Below, piece after piece: positions 37,040-51,121 of a stretch of DNA of 64,000 nucleotides; the first letter of the stretch is position 1; every line of letters starts with the position of its first letter. A model generated the notes under the pieces. The model was given only the letters and a program-made list of their open reading frames with translations. It was not told the DNA's origin and made no database searches. The position numbers and the translations under genes were made by a program. Location of the stretch: NCBI GenBank assembly GCA_002633005.1, contig NMRA01000303.1, positions 4,949-68,948 on the forward strand. The letters run 5' to 3'. The stretch comes from Phoronis australis. Its lineage: Eukaryota > Animalia > Phoronida.

Positions 37040-38785
37040 CAAAATACGTAAAATATCTCACGTAATCTAGCGAATTTTTGTTTTTAGCGAGGTCCTAGTG
37101 TTACTGAACGGGAGGCAGGTATATTTTGTCAATGTCTGAATATGGACGAGTTTGACTCGGGAGAACCGACAGCAAGGGCTTACGAGTTGTTGCAGTCTTA
37201 CTGTGGCTACACTTCACTCACTTTGCCGGTTCCGCCGAATCATCCGACTAAGTCATCCGACGGTGTCTGTGTCGACTTCCCCCTTACAGACCAATCAGAT
37301 GTCTTAGTTTGCCGGTTGAACCGTCGGAACCGGCGATGTCAATCAAGTGCAGCCAATGACTATCTACACCATCTGATGAAGAGGCGATGAGAATATTAAA
37401 ATGTTACCAATTCATACCATTCGATGTCTTCCTGGAGTTCTCCCATAACATAACCTTTTGCAAGCCCTGCGCATGTTTATTCAGTCCAATAAAATTGAAT
37501 AAGCAACCATTTGGATTGTACTCTTCTTGATTTAAAAACAATGAAATCATTTCCTCCTCATTCACCAGTCTAAAACGCAAATTGTCAACAAGGTTATCCA
37601 AAAAGCATTTCAATGCCATGTTAGAATATGATTTGTATCAGACATTTCAGGGCTTTAGAAATATTAATGTTGGCAGGGTATGTCTATCTTTCCAGGCTTA
37701 GGATTTTTTATGTCAATCGTCATCCAGAGCGACTAGGGTTTTTTTTTCTTCTCGATGGTAAACGTTATCTGCCCTTGTTCAAAATTCAGTCGTGCGGCCA
37801 ATCATGAAAATTTGAGGTTACGAAAATACTCAAGGTGTTCCGAGTAAGCAATGGGTGGCAATAGGTTCTTCTTGGTTCTATACAATCCACGAATACTAGT
37901 CAATAAGGACACTTTAAAATCAGTTTGTTAGCGTTACAATACCAGCCTATTTCATGGTCTATGAGTTTAAGAAAAGATTTTCTTTTTAATTGTCACAAGT
38001 AAAGACAGCAACCATACCTTTGAAATCTGTGTGTTCGATGTTTTTTCCTTACACGTGATCTCACGCATGCGCATGAATAATCACGACAGGGTCTATCGCT
38101 GTTAGTTCAGCAAATAATGTTTCGCCGACGCATGCTGGGTCGCTTCAACGTACGTAAACCATCACCGAAGCCAATAAATGTGTACACAATTTATTTTATA
38201 CATATTTCATTGACATTGTCGGGGTTTCTTTTCGTTGTTCCCAAGAGCTCGACCGTTTTTGTGATCTGATGAACAGATAACCTGCGACTTCAAAGCATTG
38301 TTGGATATTGTACAAGATACCACGAATTCATACGATACCCATCTTCCATGTAATCAACCGCTCAATGTGCCTTAAGCGACTATGTTTTTTACTACAAGGT
38401 GACCGAAAAAACCCTAACCCGTAAATTTCCAATTAATCTTACAACAATCTGTTTTTTTTCAAATCTTGTAGACTTGAATTCCTGTCTATGAGATTTCTTC
38501 TTTTCATAAGAATTTAAATCTAGAATTTTAAACAAAATTTTTTGCCGTCTCGGATTTTTTGCTTTCACCCTGTAAAACAACAAACGGTGTCTGTATACTC
38601 AGGATCTGTGTAACTAAATAGACATTACCTCTAAACGGAACTAAAAAATATTGATTGAAAAACCAGTGATTTTGAGACCTACCACTCTAGACATCTTAAG
38701 TTTCAGTATTTGGCACAAAATGAAATCGGTAGCGTAATGAGGAAATCTCTCACCAGAGACTGTCTTTAGGTAACTGACACCACAA

Positions 38786-38853
38786 TGATGACAACGACAA
38801 CAACAACAACAACAACAACAACAGCAGCAGCAACAACAACAACAACAACAACA
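38786..38853. repeat. (CAA/CAG)n microsatellite
   Basis: Trinucleotide run. Explains the poly-Leu ORF 38750-38932. Confidence 0.95.
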
Positions 38854-40697
38854 GTAATAATGATTTAGTTTCTAATGAAGTTGGAGTGACAGTGGCGGAT
38901 TTGAAAGAGATGAAAGCGTTGGGGTGCTCCATAGCTACATGTACAGATTATTGCATCATGAATTTACGTACTGCATACGCAGGTCAACGATTCTTACCTC
39001 CGCTCCTAGAAATAACTTCCATATATGCAGATAAGCACGTGCGTACTACAAGAAAATAGGGATAAGGTATGACCGAATCTAATGTAGTTTCCACGAAATG
39101 TTCACTGTTGAAATTGCATGTTACTTATTCTGTCCTGGTCCGCACTTACAGAGTGGGGCAGAGTGCATGCAATCGTAGGCTTAAATAGTCGGTGCTCCGC
39201 GCGGCTATGCAGTCGACTACATATTGTGATAGGGTGTACCGCTGGGGCTCAGGACACATCCTTTTCTACAGTTTTCGCAATAAAAGGGTCCATTTGTCGG
39301 AAGCTTCGATGAAAAGGTACTTTTAATCCTTGAAAAATAATCGTTTGTTGTGTTGTCGTCATCATTGACATACTTGTGAACGTCATCACAGTTGCCATCA
39401 TCACTGTTGTTAAGATAGTGAAATGATGATAACAATTCACGTAACGCCATGCACGCAGAACAACTTTCCTCACTTGGTGTTAAAACTTTCGAATTACAAA
39501 CACAAGCCACCACCAAAGCTTACTCGCTTACTACAACTTACCTCAAGTAGACTCTGTTGAAGTGAGAACGTCAACAGCGTTGGTCTTACTGCTACCGACA
39601 CGCACAGATTTCACATTATACGTGTGTATGCTTAGTCCCGCGTAAGGTTGCAAAATAGGCATTAAATCGATATCATAGTTGAGGCAAACACGGACTCTAT
39701 ATTACTGGTGTTCCCTTTGTTCATACATGCAGGCCTATGTATGTTTGTACTGTGTAAAGTGTATTAGCTGTCGATCAAAAACTTCCTACAGTGAGATTGT
39801 CGAAAAATAAAATTCAAGGATAAGTCAGGGTACTGCTACTAGAACGAAACAACATGATAGCGAACACTGAGATTACTTGAATCACACATTGCCCTTATTT
39901 CCTTTAATCTGATATCTTGTCTATGTATCTTTATGAAACGTATAGACACGAATCGCTAAAGGTAATGTGTTAACAAACTGGCATATCTGATATCGCGAAA
40001 CATTATCTATAACTAGGCCAACACGTGAAGCTACTGCTCAAGTTAGAATATGTACGTCAGTTTTTCAATCATGGGCTTGAATATATAACAAGGTTTTTTA
40101 AACGTTAATAGTAAAATAATGCAAATACAAGCAGCACTGAAAGTGACGAAATGTTTATAATTTACAGATGTCATTCGACTGACGAAACACATCCTGTGTT
40201 CTAAATTGGATGTAAAGGAAATAATATCTTTAACGCAAGCACACACTGATCATTTCAATGAAAGGATCCTGGTCAACGGCGAACACCACAGGAACCTAAC
40301 TCCATAATTTTTCCAAAACGAGGATAAGCACTTTCTGTGTAAAATGAACTACGAGGTCTCTGTGTGCTGCAAAATCACAGCTTCATTCATTCGATGTACT
40401 GTTACTACAGACTCAGGTGCGTATTCATGAATTTGTGCGAACACTGGCTGTCCTTTCTTCTGTTACGTCATCTACTTTCCTAAGTCAATTTTTAGCTTTG
40501 ATTTTTACCAAGAGTAAACTCTACGCCGAATTCTTTATATCATTGTCGAGCAAAGTCTCCAATTTTAAGGACTAATTCTCTATTTAAATTCAGATGTATA
40601 CAACGTCACGACTTTAAAAAATTCTCACTAATTTGACACAATATAACGGACAAGTGAAATCTTACTTTCTTTCTATAACAGATATCCAGGTCCACTT

Positions 40698-40827
40698 TTC
40701 CGTGTTCACGCTCTGTACCTTAGTTACCAATGGACAATATTTCCGTGTTCACGCTCTGTGCCTTAGTTACCAATGGACAATATTTCCGTGTTCACGCTCT
40801 GTACCTTAGTTACCAATGGACAATATT
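40698..40827. repeat. 43-bp tandem repeat x3
   Basis: Unit ttccgtgttcacgctctgtaccttagttaccaatggacaatat. Confidence 0.92.
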
Positions 40828-42133
40828 TTCAAAAATTGCGGACATTCACAGCAGTGTTAGACGACTTTGAAAAAATAAAAAATGGCAATTTTGCAATTAT
40901 TTTGTCCGAAATTAGTGATACTATTTTGTCCGAAATTAGTGAGATTTTATACCAAAAGAGTACCTCAGCCATAACAAAAACGAAGTGATAGAAAAATAAC
41001 TGCTACATTATGGCGTAAACAGAGTCCACGCATGCGGAGATCTGGAGAACGAAGTGAAGTACCTATTTGGGACTGTTTTATTTAATCGCTCAAAAAGGTC
41101 CTGTGTAATTTGTTTTTAACTTTATACCAATCTCCTATTAATTGGATCACGTGACCATGACTTTGTAATAATACTTAGCAAAAAGGAAAGGTATATCAAT
41201 ATCAAATGAACAGTATCAATACGATGACCAAATTTCGTTTGATAAAAATGTTCAGGAAGAAATCTCCAACACGCTGTTACAGTTTTCTAAATGTTGTGCA
41301 ACCTAGGGATTCTTTCAGGAAAAACAGAAACGTCCTATTTTCATCCCTCCACGTGCAAAAGTGCAACATTTTAAAAATTCCTAATAACTTCTTGGCGAAC
41401 AGAGCATAAAGCATAGAAACTGGAAGTTGGATATAAATCCGATCAGATATGATGTTCCAAAGTTAGCCAAATTTTAACATTTTTCTAGGATCCTGCATAT
41501 CCCTAATTCAAAGAGGATTCAACTTAGCTATTTTCATTTGGACACACGTACAAAAGTATAACAGTGGTTGGCATCATAGTACATTTGGCCACCAGTGGGC
41601 AGATATGATTTCCTATGCATGTAAACAGATCCAATCCCAACTTAGAGGTAGGCAATAAAGTTGTCATCCCCTGTAAAACTAGTGTTTGTGGAGTTTGGCC
41701 TTGATGTCACTCAACATAATTGTTAATAAAATATATTAAAGTATTTGTTCTTGCAGTTGCATACGGGTATTGTTTGTAGTTGAATGCAGCTCTGCAACTA
41801 CGACGATTTATTTACATATCAGGCGTTTTATTGCTCAGAACTGTTGCTTTTTGAACTGTTTACTTGAATTCCACACCGTAGGCCTACAAGTACATTCATT
41901 CTGCATATAGTGAAAACATTATATGTAAACTGTTGCTCTCGGAGGAGCAAGTTTGGTTACCTGCGACTGCAATTTAATAATGAAGGTCGTATTGATTTCT
42001 AATGGTCTCCGCATGAATTCAACGCAATTAATGATTTAAAACAGGGGTTCTCAAGCATTTAAGAGTGAATACGGGGTTTACTAAAAGCTAGCGGATACGG
42101 ATGCACTTTTAACTTTAAATTCGTCACGATAGC

Positions 42134-42860
42134 GTAAGACACCTAGACTTTCCCGTCCACTCACAATTCTTCTCTCTCGTAAGCTATTCGCCTCTCGCGG
42201 GTATATTACTACTCCAGAATCGAATTTCCTGTCTCGCGGACACATTTCCTTGCTCCCGCACATAATTCCATGCCTGTGGTTCCACTTCCCGATCACAAAC
42301 TTGTCAATCGAGCTCCTGGACTATTTTGGTTGCTGTTTCATTTTTCTATAAATTATTTGAATGTTTTGAAATCAAACGTCATTCTCTCACTGTATACTGT
42401 GAATGCCATGTAGCTTACCAAAGTTCACTGCAAAAGGCCCCAATCCTTGATCAATTCTCTTTTTCATGGGGTCACACGAGGACAACCCGATATGCATTGT
42501 ACAGCCCAAACTAAGTTTAATAGCACTATGCTTTAACCACTTTGTCAATATACACGTTGCTGAACATTTGTTTTGTTTTTGTTTTCAATTTTATAGCAGC
42601 AGTTGTGAAATAATTATGAATAGTTAAAATTGATGAGAATGTATTCCCCATTAAACACTTTTCACAGTTGATTTATGCGTAGATATTTTATATCAGGTCA
42701 TGCCATGCGGCGCGAGAGAAGGGAACGGTGCCAGATGGTATAGAATAGCTTTCGCGGACAAGGAATAATGTGCGGGAAAGGGGGGACACGTCCGCGAGAG
42801 GGGAATAGCGTGAGCAAGAGAATTTTTTGCCCGGGAAGCGCGGGATGTTTAGGTGCTTAG
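42134..42860. mobile_element. Old MITE with long degenerate TIRs
   Basis: taagacacctaga...gctattcgcctctcgcgg...tcccgcacataattcc is mirrored by ggaataatgtgcggga...ccgcgagaggggaatagc...tttaggtgctta. Confidence 0.5.
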
Positions 42861-45023
42861 CAGAGGTAACATTAAAAATAATTATGACAATGTTATTTTA
42901 CTTTAAGGAAGATCATGTGATGACCCTTTATGAGCCCACATATATACATGTGCACACATTGCAGTCACCATGTGTCCGGCGGTGTCCGTCGTCTAGTGAC
43001 TGGCGTCCGGTATCCGGCGTCCGTCCATCCGATGTCCGGCATCCGTCTGTCCAGCGTCGGCAGTTGCATATCCTCAGCTCCTTGTATGATCTTTGTCAAA
43101 TACGTGACAACGACTGAAGATGCTTTTCTGACGGATCCGGTTGTCGAAATGCATCCTGGAGGCAACTTTAGGTTTTTTGTGTTTGACTCTATATCTTCGG
43201 CGCTTCTTTATCTTTGAAACCATGAAAAGACGGTTATGAAATTTAGCTTGCATGTTTCTACTGGCGACGTTACAACACTGGGCCCGTCAATGTTCGGACA
43301 TAATGCTGCGCCCCCTAGTTCTGTCAAACCACTTGACTATTTTTGCGAAATTTAACACCTGTTTCTGTAATATATAAAGCAGCAAATCTATAATTTTTGG
43401 ACAAATGTCACAAACGCTGCGCCTTGTTCGGAAATTGAAATTTTGGCGTCAACCTTTATAGATGTTCGTGTAGTTCGTTTTTGGAGGATTTCCTTTGCGT
43501 CCCTTCGAGGCTTTTAAGATTACCAGTAAATTGCTTCCTCCAGTGGGAATGCTTAAATTAATGATCATCCCATGTATCTGTGCTGTTAGCCGCATTCCGA
43601 CCTTTAGCGCAAAGTCAGCTTCGTGCAAGCCGAAAATACAGTCCGCTTTCCGACTTCATCGACTTCCTTATTTAGAAAGTCACAAGAATTGACTAGTATC
43701 ACAAGTATCATTACTTAAGCATATAAACACAAAATGGACGTAACGAATACATAAAACGCCATCTGTTATTTTGTTATTACTCTGTATGTAATGAATTATT
43801 CTAGGTATCGTATTTGCAGAATAATACGAAGACACTTGCGAAGTTGGTAAGGCAAGGTTTCTACCAGTGCTGCCCATTTACTTCGAACTAACACTAGCGT
43901 GGTTTACATGGAGAATGAGCTTATGAAGCAACGAGGGGACCAATCTGTGACCTTGTTGGAAAGCTCTGCCTTCGTTGCTAACTTACTTGACCTCGTTTCG
44001 GCAGTAATGAGCCATCATAGATCGGAGTCGGCTCGTGTCTAGGTTCTAGTCTAACTGGGGTGTATGTGGTGCACACGATGGACGCATATTAACGCTTTGC
44101 ATTGCTCTTGAAATTAGGCGCACCGCACGAAGATGTCGGATAATAAAGTTGGAGGGCGTTTTTAGAAATTTCAAATGAGATGCTGATGGTATGTTTATTG
44201 TTTATGCAGTCAGGTGACCATGGCATTGCTACCCGGCGTTTTTGATTCTAGCCTCAAATGAACTGGACACAACCAGTAGCGTGCAAAAGGGGACGGGGGG
44301 ACGACGGGCCACAACCCCCGGACATTCACATCGATGGCATCAAGTCATTATGAATAAACTTTTTGAAATTGTGACTGATTTGTAGCTAAATTAACTGAAT
44401 AAAGTTCATGTTAAATCTTTTTACTGGGGTCCATGCATTTCAGTATAGTAAGTACCATCTAAAACAATCGCCCAGGGCATCACAAAATCTCAGCACGCTA
44501 CTGAACTCGGTTGACACTTGAGAATGTGCCAAATTTTTAATACGACAGGAGTCTCATGCTAGGCGTGCAGTGCAGGCATCATTTTGTTATATTTACATAA
44601 CACCACTAATAACCGCGAAAGCCCAAAGGGACCATTACGTAGCTTTACGTATCTGAATACAGACTTCTGCTAATTTGTAGTGGTTTATACTCATTTGCCG
44701 AGTGATTCATTCATTATGAATCTATTTCAATTTCTGACTTCATAACCACCATTATAACGGTTATCTAACATTGATAGAAATGTTGAGCGTTGTTTATGTG
44801 GTATGACTATTACCTTGGGCGTGTTGTGACGTAGTTTGTCGCACCACTCCGTTTCATACAATGGCGAGTATCGAGTGTTTTGATTAAAACTGCATTTCGC
44901 CCAGTTTTGTTGACTAATCTATGAACAGGCGTGGACTCAAGTAGGATAAGTGTCCACTTCCTTAACTCAAGGTTCGAGTCCCACTAAGGCACACTGCTAG
45001 ACCTCATGAAATCGATCTCATAA

Positions 45024-45241
45024 CATGCGAGCACCCAGTCTAAAGTATAGGGGGCTCGAATTTTTGACAATGTGTACCTTTTACTAACAAAAAATCTGGG
45101 GACTAAAAAACGGGGTACCACGTCCAGGGCTATGAATTGTGCATTCGCGCCTTTTTAGTGGACTTATGTCTCGTTTTCTGGGACTTTTTGTTTCTGTGAG
45201 GCGGACCTTTTTGCACATTTCGCCCCCTGGATGCGCGCATG
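45024..45241. mobile_element. MITE with 5-bp TSD (CATAA)
   Basis: TIR catgcgagcaccc / ggatgcgcgcatg. Homologous to 47579-47827. Confidence 0.8.
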
Positions 45242-45250
45242 CATAACATC

Positions 45251-48152
45251 CAGTGGCGGATCTACGTTTTCAGTAAGGGGAGTTTAGGATTCCCGCAAAG
45301 GTCGAATCCGAGGCCCGTGGTGCCGAGCGGGGGGAGGTCGAGGGGAGGTTTCCCTCTACTCGTGTAAGACAATTTTTTGTTTTTGTAGCCAAACATGGAA
45401 ATTTCCATGCATCCTGGTAAGTTTCTGGCACTTAACATGCCTCTGGAGTTTTTCTTAAGATAATTTAAAACCCTTCTCGATTTCGTCACTCATGAACTTG
45501 GCTCAAAACTTTCGTGAAACCATATGTGTGCACATTTGGGTATGAGTCATGCTACCAGCAAAAACTTTTGTTTGAACATCTTCTTACATACACCTATTTT
45601 AGCATACGAAAAGTGTTGTGTGTATACAGGGGTTTAGGCAACTACCAAATATTCAAAAGCATAAGGAGCACCGACTGGGCGTAAAAACTTAAATATCAGA
45701 TGATCGCGTAGCAGCAGCCTCACGTTGTTTAATAACGAAGACCGGAGTCCGGAAATAAACATGTGTTCTGTCTCCTTACGAGAAAAACCGACTATAGATG
45801 GTGCTCTCAGCTCATAGTCTATTATTAAGAGCGACAATAAACGATTAAGTATCACTTTATTTAACTGAATTGCGTTGACAACAATTGAAAAACGTCAAAT
45901 GTATCAGGAAGCAAATCATCTGAAAACAGTTTCACGAAACCAAAACGTTCTGTACACCTTCGTGAAAAGATATACAGGACCAGTTGGCAGAGGGACCACT
46001 AGATGTACACTGAGAGTTCACAAAAAGGCTGGCCTGGTCCGTCACGAGACCAAAAGTACACCTGTGCTTATTATCCCTATAAAAATAGTCGATCTGCCGC
46101 GGGACCAAACACTACTGGCTGAGATAAATAGTTTTAGAAAGCACATTTTGGTAAAAAGCATCACGAGACTCTACACAAATCAAGCTGGCCTGGTCCGTCG
46201 CGAGACCTAAAGTGTACTATGCAAATTGAAAACTTTTCTTTAGACACTTTTTAATCCCCAGTGGTTGCTCATACGTGTATTTTACACATCTGGTGGTCAA
46301 CTGCTGCGAGAACGATTGTCTAGGAAGGGTTTTCGCACCTTTCTTTAGTACTCACTGGAAGAAACAAGTATTGAGAACAAATTGAACAACGCACTATGTG
46401 AAATACATTTTGGATATGAAGCAGATAGACTCAAGTGGAAATACAAACCAGAATCAGTTTCTGTGCGCTCGTAGACCCTCTGCTGTACTGGGTAAATTTG
46501 GCATGTCCAAAAATAATTTCTATTTCGTTTTCATTGTACACAAGCATAAAAAGCCGACATTATTACAAACTGTGTAGAATTATAACTTACTACCTGGGTG
46601 TTTCTCCAGGAACGTTAGTCCTATCCTTCTGTTGTCGAGACTGTCGAGGAATCTGTATATCGGATCCAATGGTTTCCTCGTCTTGGAACCATTCTATCCA
46701 GACATCTTCGATGTTTGTTCCCAACGCTTGAACTTCGTCAACTGCTGAGTCAATGAGCTTGTAAGCCTCTACAATGTCAGCATCTTGTTTCGCAGCTCAG
46801 TTGTCACTAAGCGCCCTGAGGTTGCCAAATCCAATCAAAAGACTTACATGCGCAACTGAATTCGATCCGTTCATCATGGACTACTTCAAATCATGACAAT
46901 GTATCCCAGGAACATCTTGCATCTCTTGCAATTTTCGAAATAAACGTCCCAATGTCTGAACACTTGAAACCCGAAGTACTAACATCAAATAAATGCCCAT
47001 GGGCACGGATGTTTCATCGGGTGGGCCTTTCTGAGGAAATTCCAAGTATAGGAGGCGGCAGTGGTGCTTATTGCAGGTAGACAGACGGTAGGTGATGAGG
47101 TCGGAACTAGGGCTCCTTTGGAGACCTATTGAACATCGCACGAGTACCGCAAGATTTTGTTGTGAAAGTACAGCCTCCCCGCAATTTCTTGTACTGTACA
47201 CTGTTCGCGAATGCGGTCACTTTGTCAATGTGAGTGCCCCCTTGGTCGTTCCTTGTATAGACATAACTTGCTAAAGTGCATCTTCAAACGGACTCGCGAC
47301 CAGACCACGGCGCCCGCCACAATAGCAATTCTTCGGAAAACGAGTTTTTTTTTTCAAAAATATTACATGTACACGTACACTGTATGATATTGCGCAAGAC
47401 AACTTTACTATACACCAGCTAAATTCGAGTTAGAAACGTGTGGAGCGTAATAGCATAACACGGCATGACAGATGAGGTAAAAACGTTGCACGTCAATTCG
47501 CCTGAATATCAGTGTTGCGGCACTACAGTATTTCCCCTAATCAAATCAAAACATATCTTAGAGTAAAGAAGCTAATTACATGCGCGCACCCAGCCTTCAA
47601 TATGGGGGGCTCGAATTCCTGACTTTTTGGACCTCTTGGTAACAAAAAACAGGGCGGACTAAAAAAAAACGGAAGCACCACTGTGGATTGCGCGTTTGCG
47701 CATGTTTCATGGACTTATGTCTCATTTTCTCGGACTTTTTGTCTCTCAGGGGCGGACCTTTTAACCCACTTCGCCAAATGGGGGGGCTCCGTGGAGCCCC
47801 CGAGCTCCCCCCCCGGGTGCGCACATGAATTACCTAAAGAAATCAGCTATAGAGCTGCTCTTTCAGCGGTGGATCCCGAATGCTTGGCTACTTCAGAAGT
47901 GTCGACAGAAGCGCGCGCACAATTGATTTCCACGAGTTTTGCCGATGAGCCACGAAGACTCGAAATGCTTTGATTTTCATAACAGCAATTCACAATGCAA
48001 AAAATTATATTTTCAGAGTGAACCCCCCCCCCTCAATTTTTCCAAGTTGGGGTTTACACACGCAGGCGGTGCCGTTTTTGTTTTTTTTATTTTTGGGTCC
48101 TGGCCCAAGGGGGGGTTTAAACCCCCTGAACCCCCCCGTAGATCCGCCACTG
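45251..48152 (-). mobile_element. Deleted hAT element with 5-bp TSD, copy 2
   Basis: TIR cagtggcggatctacg / cgtagatccgccactg. TSD ACATC. Colinear with 34510-37039 in the same orientation. Confidence 0.88.
47579..47827. mobile_element. MITE with 5-bp TSD (AATTA) nested in hAT copy 2
   Basis: TIR catgcgcgcaccc / gggtgcgcacatg. Absent from copy 1 (empty site actagttacctaaag at ~36662). Confidence 0.88.
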
Positions 48153-49186
48153 ACATCCCTCATCGTGAAAAGATTCTATTTCCGTTACTAACAATAAGAA
48201 CATCAAAACCACCAACTCGCTTCACAGTTTTTTCGATTTTCGTTTTCAGGAAGCTAAATAGGGCGAAATGCTCCGGTCACAAAAATCTGAGTCGTGAAAT
48301 GGGAAAAATTTATAAAGTTCTCTTTTTCTATGCTTGTGGTGTGGTCGGAATGGTTCATAGATGTCATTTTTCATTGTTATTTCATCACTTTGAAGTGATT
48401 TTGACCCGCCGATGTAGCACTAAGCATAACTTTAATTTCAACTCAGTTACACATTCTAATACTGGATATAATGTTTCGCCTTCTAGGTATAATACATTCG
48501 CTCAATATATTAACTTTAGGATAAAGGTTAAGCACTGAAAATGTAAAGCACTGGATACGAATTAATGAATTAAAATACAACTGGTAAAGAAAAGCGACAA
48601 GTTAGGTCAACATCACTAGATCACGGCTAATCTAACAAAACTGTTCGTGATCTGCGGGAAGCCAGGTCTACGTGCCTTATAATTAGCACACACTCAACAC
48701 GAAAGCAACATTTCCTGTGTTTGACGTTTGAGGATGTGCCGACATTGATTGCTAATAATAATCACCTGGTCTTGCTATCTGTCATGTCTTCTAATCGCTA
48801 CAAAACACCCGACACAACGGGTTGTTGCAAACAGCCGTCAGAGGATCGGAATTTGTAGCCAACAATCTCCTCTCTGTGAGTACTCGTTGCATGCGTGTAT
48901 AAGAGTACCTTGGAGGAACTTGCTGATCACGTTGGAAGTCGCAGCTTGACACTTGGAGGATAAGAGCCCAAACTGCGCATGCACGGATGACCAATAAATG
49001 TTTTTGATGGGTGTTGCAGGACCGTCGGAGTCCTGTGGGGCAAGGGAGTGTAACTCCAATAATTTGAATAATGAACAATTTGCTAAGCGAGCCAGGTTGA
49101 ATTTTTATGATCTGTACCCTATTGTGCTGTCCTTGTGAATTTGACGACGGAGGTCGCGGGTGACCGCACAAAGGCTGTCATGCTAT

Positions 49187-49777
49187 ACTCGCTGGTTCCC
49201 TGCGTGCCGCTAGGTGGGGCGGTAGCCGCACCAGCACGCAGGTATCACTTAATTTCCCTCGGTAATTTTTTTTACACCGGCATTTCTGATTGGCTAGTCG
49301 AATTCTCAACAGACAGCGCTTTACGCAAGCAAACTGGCATGACTGATGAACTGAAGTGTAAATGTGGTCTGTTGTACAGACAAATCGGTGCTTAAAATTT
49401 ATGTTCAATGTGAAGCCTAGAAATTGTGATTGCGCCTTTTCGGAATGCATCTTTCTACTGTCGATGACTTTTGTTTACGATAGTGTCCTGTATTCATACA
49501 GTTTGAATAACACACCGGTTAAATCGGCCAGCTATGTGTTTATTGTATATGTATGTGATTCAAGCACGCGGCTATTAAACATCACTGCAGAAACGAAATA
49601 GTTGCTGCGACGCCACTTGCATGACACGGCTAGAAATCGTTCACAGTCCGCAATTTTTTCACGGTGTTGTAAAGCTAACCAATGACTGCCGAGGTGACAT
49701 GGATCCAATGCTAAAGCGCGTGCCACTGCGTGATACCTGCGTGCTGGCTGAGCTAAGCAAGCAGGGAACCAGCGAGT
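49187..49777. mobile_element. MITE with probable 8-bp TSD
   Basis: TIR actcgctggttccctgc...ccagcacgcaggtatcac mirrored at 49730-49777. Flanks catgctat / catgcaat. Confidence 0.7.
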
Positions 49778-49905
49778 CATGCAATAATGGGTCTATTCGG
49801 AGAATTCTCCTCGCGGTGTCGCAGCTGTACTAGTGGTGATTGAATTGCGCATACGTCGCTGTCTGCATGTAAACAACTAGTAAAAGATGAAAGTGTTATC
49901 AAAAT

Positions 49906-51121
49906 ATGTCGTCGCGCTAAGCCTTACTGCTATTTTCCCTGGCGCAAGTCTTCGACAGGTGGCCACAAATTCCCAAAAGACCTACGGTTACTACATTCGT
50001 GGACAATTGCGGTCAACAGGGTCAACCAACCAGTGGCGGATCTAGGATATCACAAGGGGGGGCCAACATTTTGTCCCGCTGTAAGCATTTGGGCAAACCA
50101 CGATTGTAGATGCGCATAGCACCGAATGGGGGGAGGTTGGGAGGGGAGCTCCCCACCTGCCCAGGAAAATTTTCTGTTTTTTCTTCTAAAAATCAGCATT
50201 TTTCTTGATTCCTGAAGTATTATCCAAGAAAAAAAGGCAAAAAAAATATATCGGGAAACGTGTCAAACAGGAAAAACTACAGTTATCAGCGACTTGAACC
50301 CACGACCTCGTGGAGAGAGAGCGTGTGCTTTACCACTACACCACCACGACTTAGCTACTAGGTTCGTGATAAGAGACCTTCTTCTTTATGGTCCACAGCG
50401 TTTGCGCGCGAAACCTGCTTCTTTTTGTAATGCTTATTACACGTTTTATATTTTGTGCAATCGGTTCTTAATAAATTTGTGGTGTTTAAAATAGTCTTCA
50501 AATGCCCAAAAAACCAAATTCGTTTTTCGTGTTGGCAATAATGACGGGATTGCTTTGGAAATCGTCTTAAGTTAAGGTTTGAGAAAGAGAGAATGATGAG
50601 TTTCTGAGTGATTCACTCAGGCTTCGATTGAAATTCACATCTTACCAGCAGCTTCTGTTTTTTCATCGTCATTCAGGTTCTATTTTCTTTAAAAAATGAA
50701 GTAAATTTTCTTCATTGCACAGTGGAGCAGACGACGGAAACGGAGTCGTAGTTCGCAGCGCTTCTGCCGGTCGCCTGGGATATCACGGGAGAGCCTACGC
50801 TTACCCATAGTTCCGTTACGAATGCGCCGTGTTCCGAATTTAACACTTGAAATTGGATCCCCCCCAAACACTAAAACTGCACACATTTTTAAATCTTGTT
50901 TCATCCGTATAATTTTAATTACCGGTGTTAATTAATAAACTCAACATTTCCCTACGCTCTTGCTGTTTTCGTTATTTTTTGTGGCAGCCAAGGGGGGGGG
51001 CGGGCCCCCTGCCCCCCCCCCCCTAAATCCGCCTATGCCAACTGACAAAAAGTGTGTGGATGCCGAAGCCCCGTGTGTGCTCTTTACATTTCCATTGGGA
51101 GACTACATATAACATTACTTG
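49906..51121 (+). pseudogene. THAP exon of the ISL2EU-type transposase, interrupted by the 50031-51037 MITE
   Basis: Removing the insert and one TSD gives CYFPWRKSSTGGHKFPKDLRLLHSWTIAVNRVNQLTKSVWMPKPRVCSLHFPLGDY, followed by donor g|gtaagc. Confidence 0.75.
50031..51037. mobile_element. hAT-like non-autonomous element with 5-bp TSD (CCAAC)
   Basis: Ends cagtggcggatctagg / cctaaatccgcctatg. Excision restores the THAP reading frame. Confidence 0.85.

Larger units (their letters stand above)
34433..37115. mobile_element. Reverse-oriented relative of the 151-bp satellite MITE, split by the hAT insertion
   Basis: 34433-34509 and 37045-37115 join to give the reverse complement of 2792-2942 (ends ...ttactgaacgggagg). 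Confidence 0.75.

Noticed and set aside
37142-37390. Possible third KolX-like start (MDEFDSGEPTARAYELLQSY)
   Set aside because: Resemblance is too weak, there is no Cys motif, and the ORF runs into a small inverted repeat.
39050-39330. LINE C-terminal zinc knuckle (APLCKCGPGQ) on the minus strand
   Set aside because: Only one short motif amid stops. Not enough to call without a profile search.
48790-49160. Overlapping ORFs, possible RTE-type LINE 3' remnant
   Set aside because: Only vague similarity across shifting frames. No confident domain.
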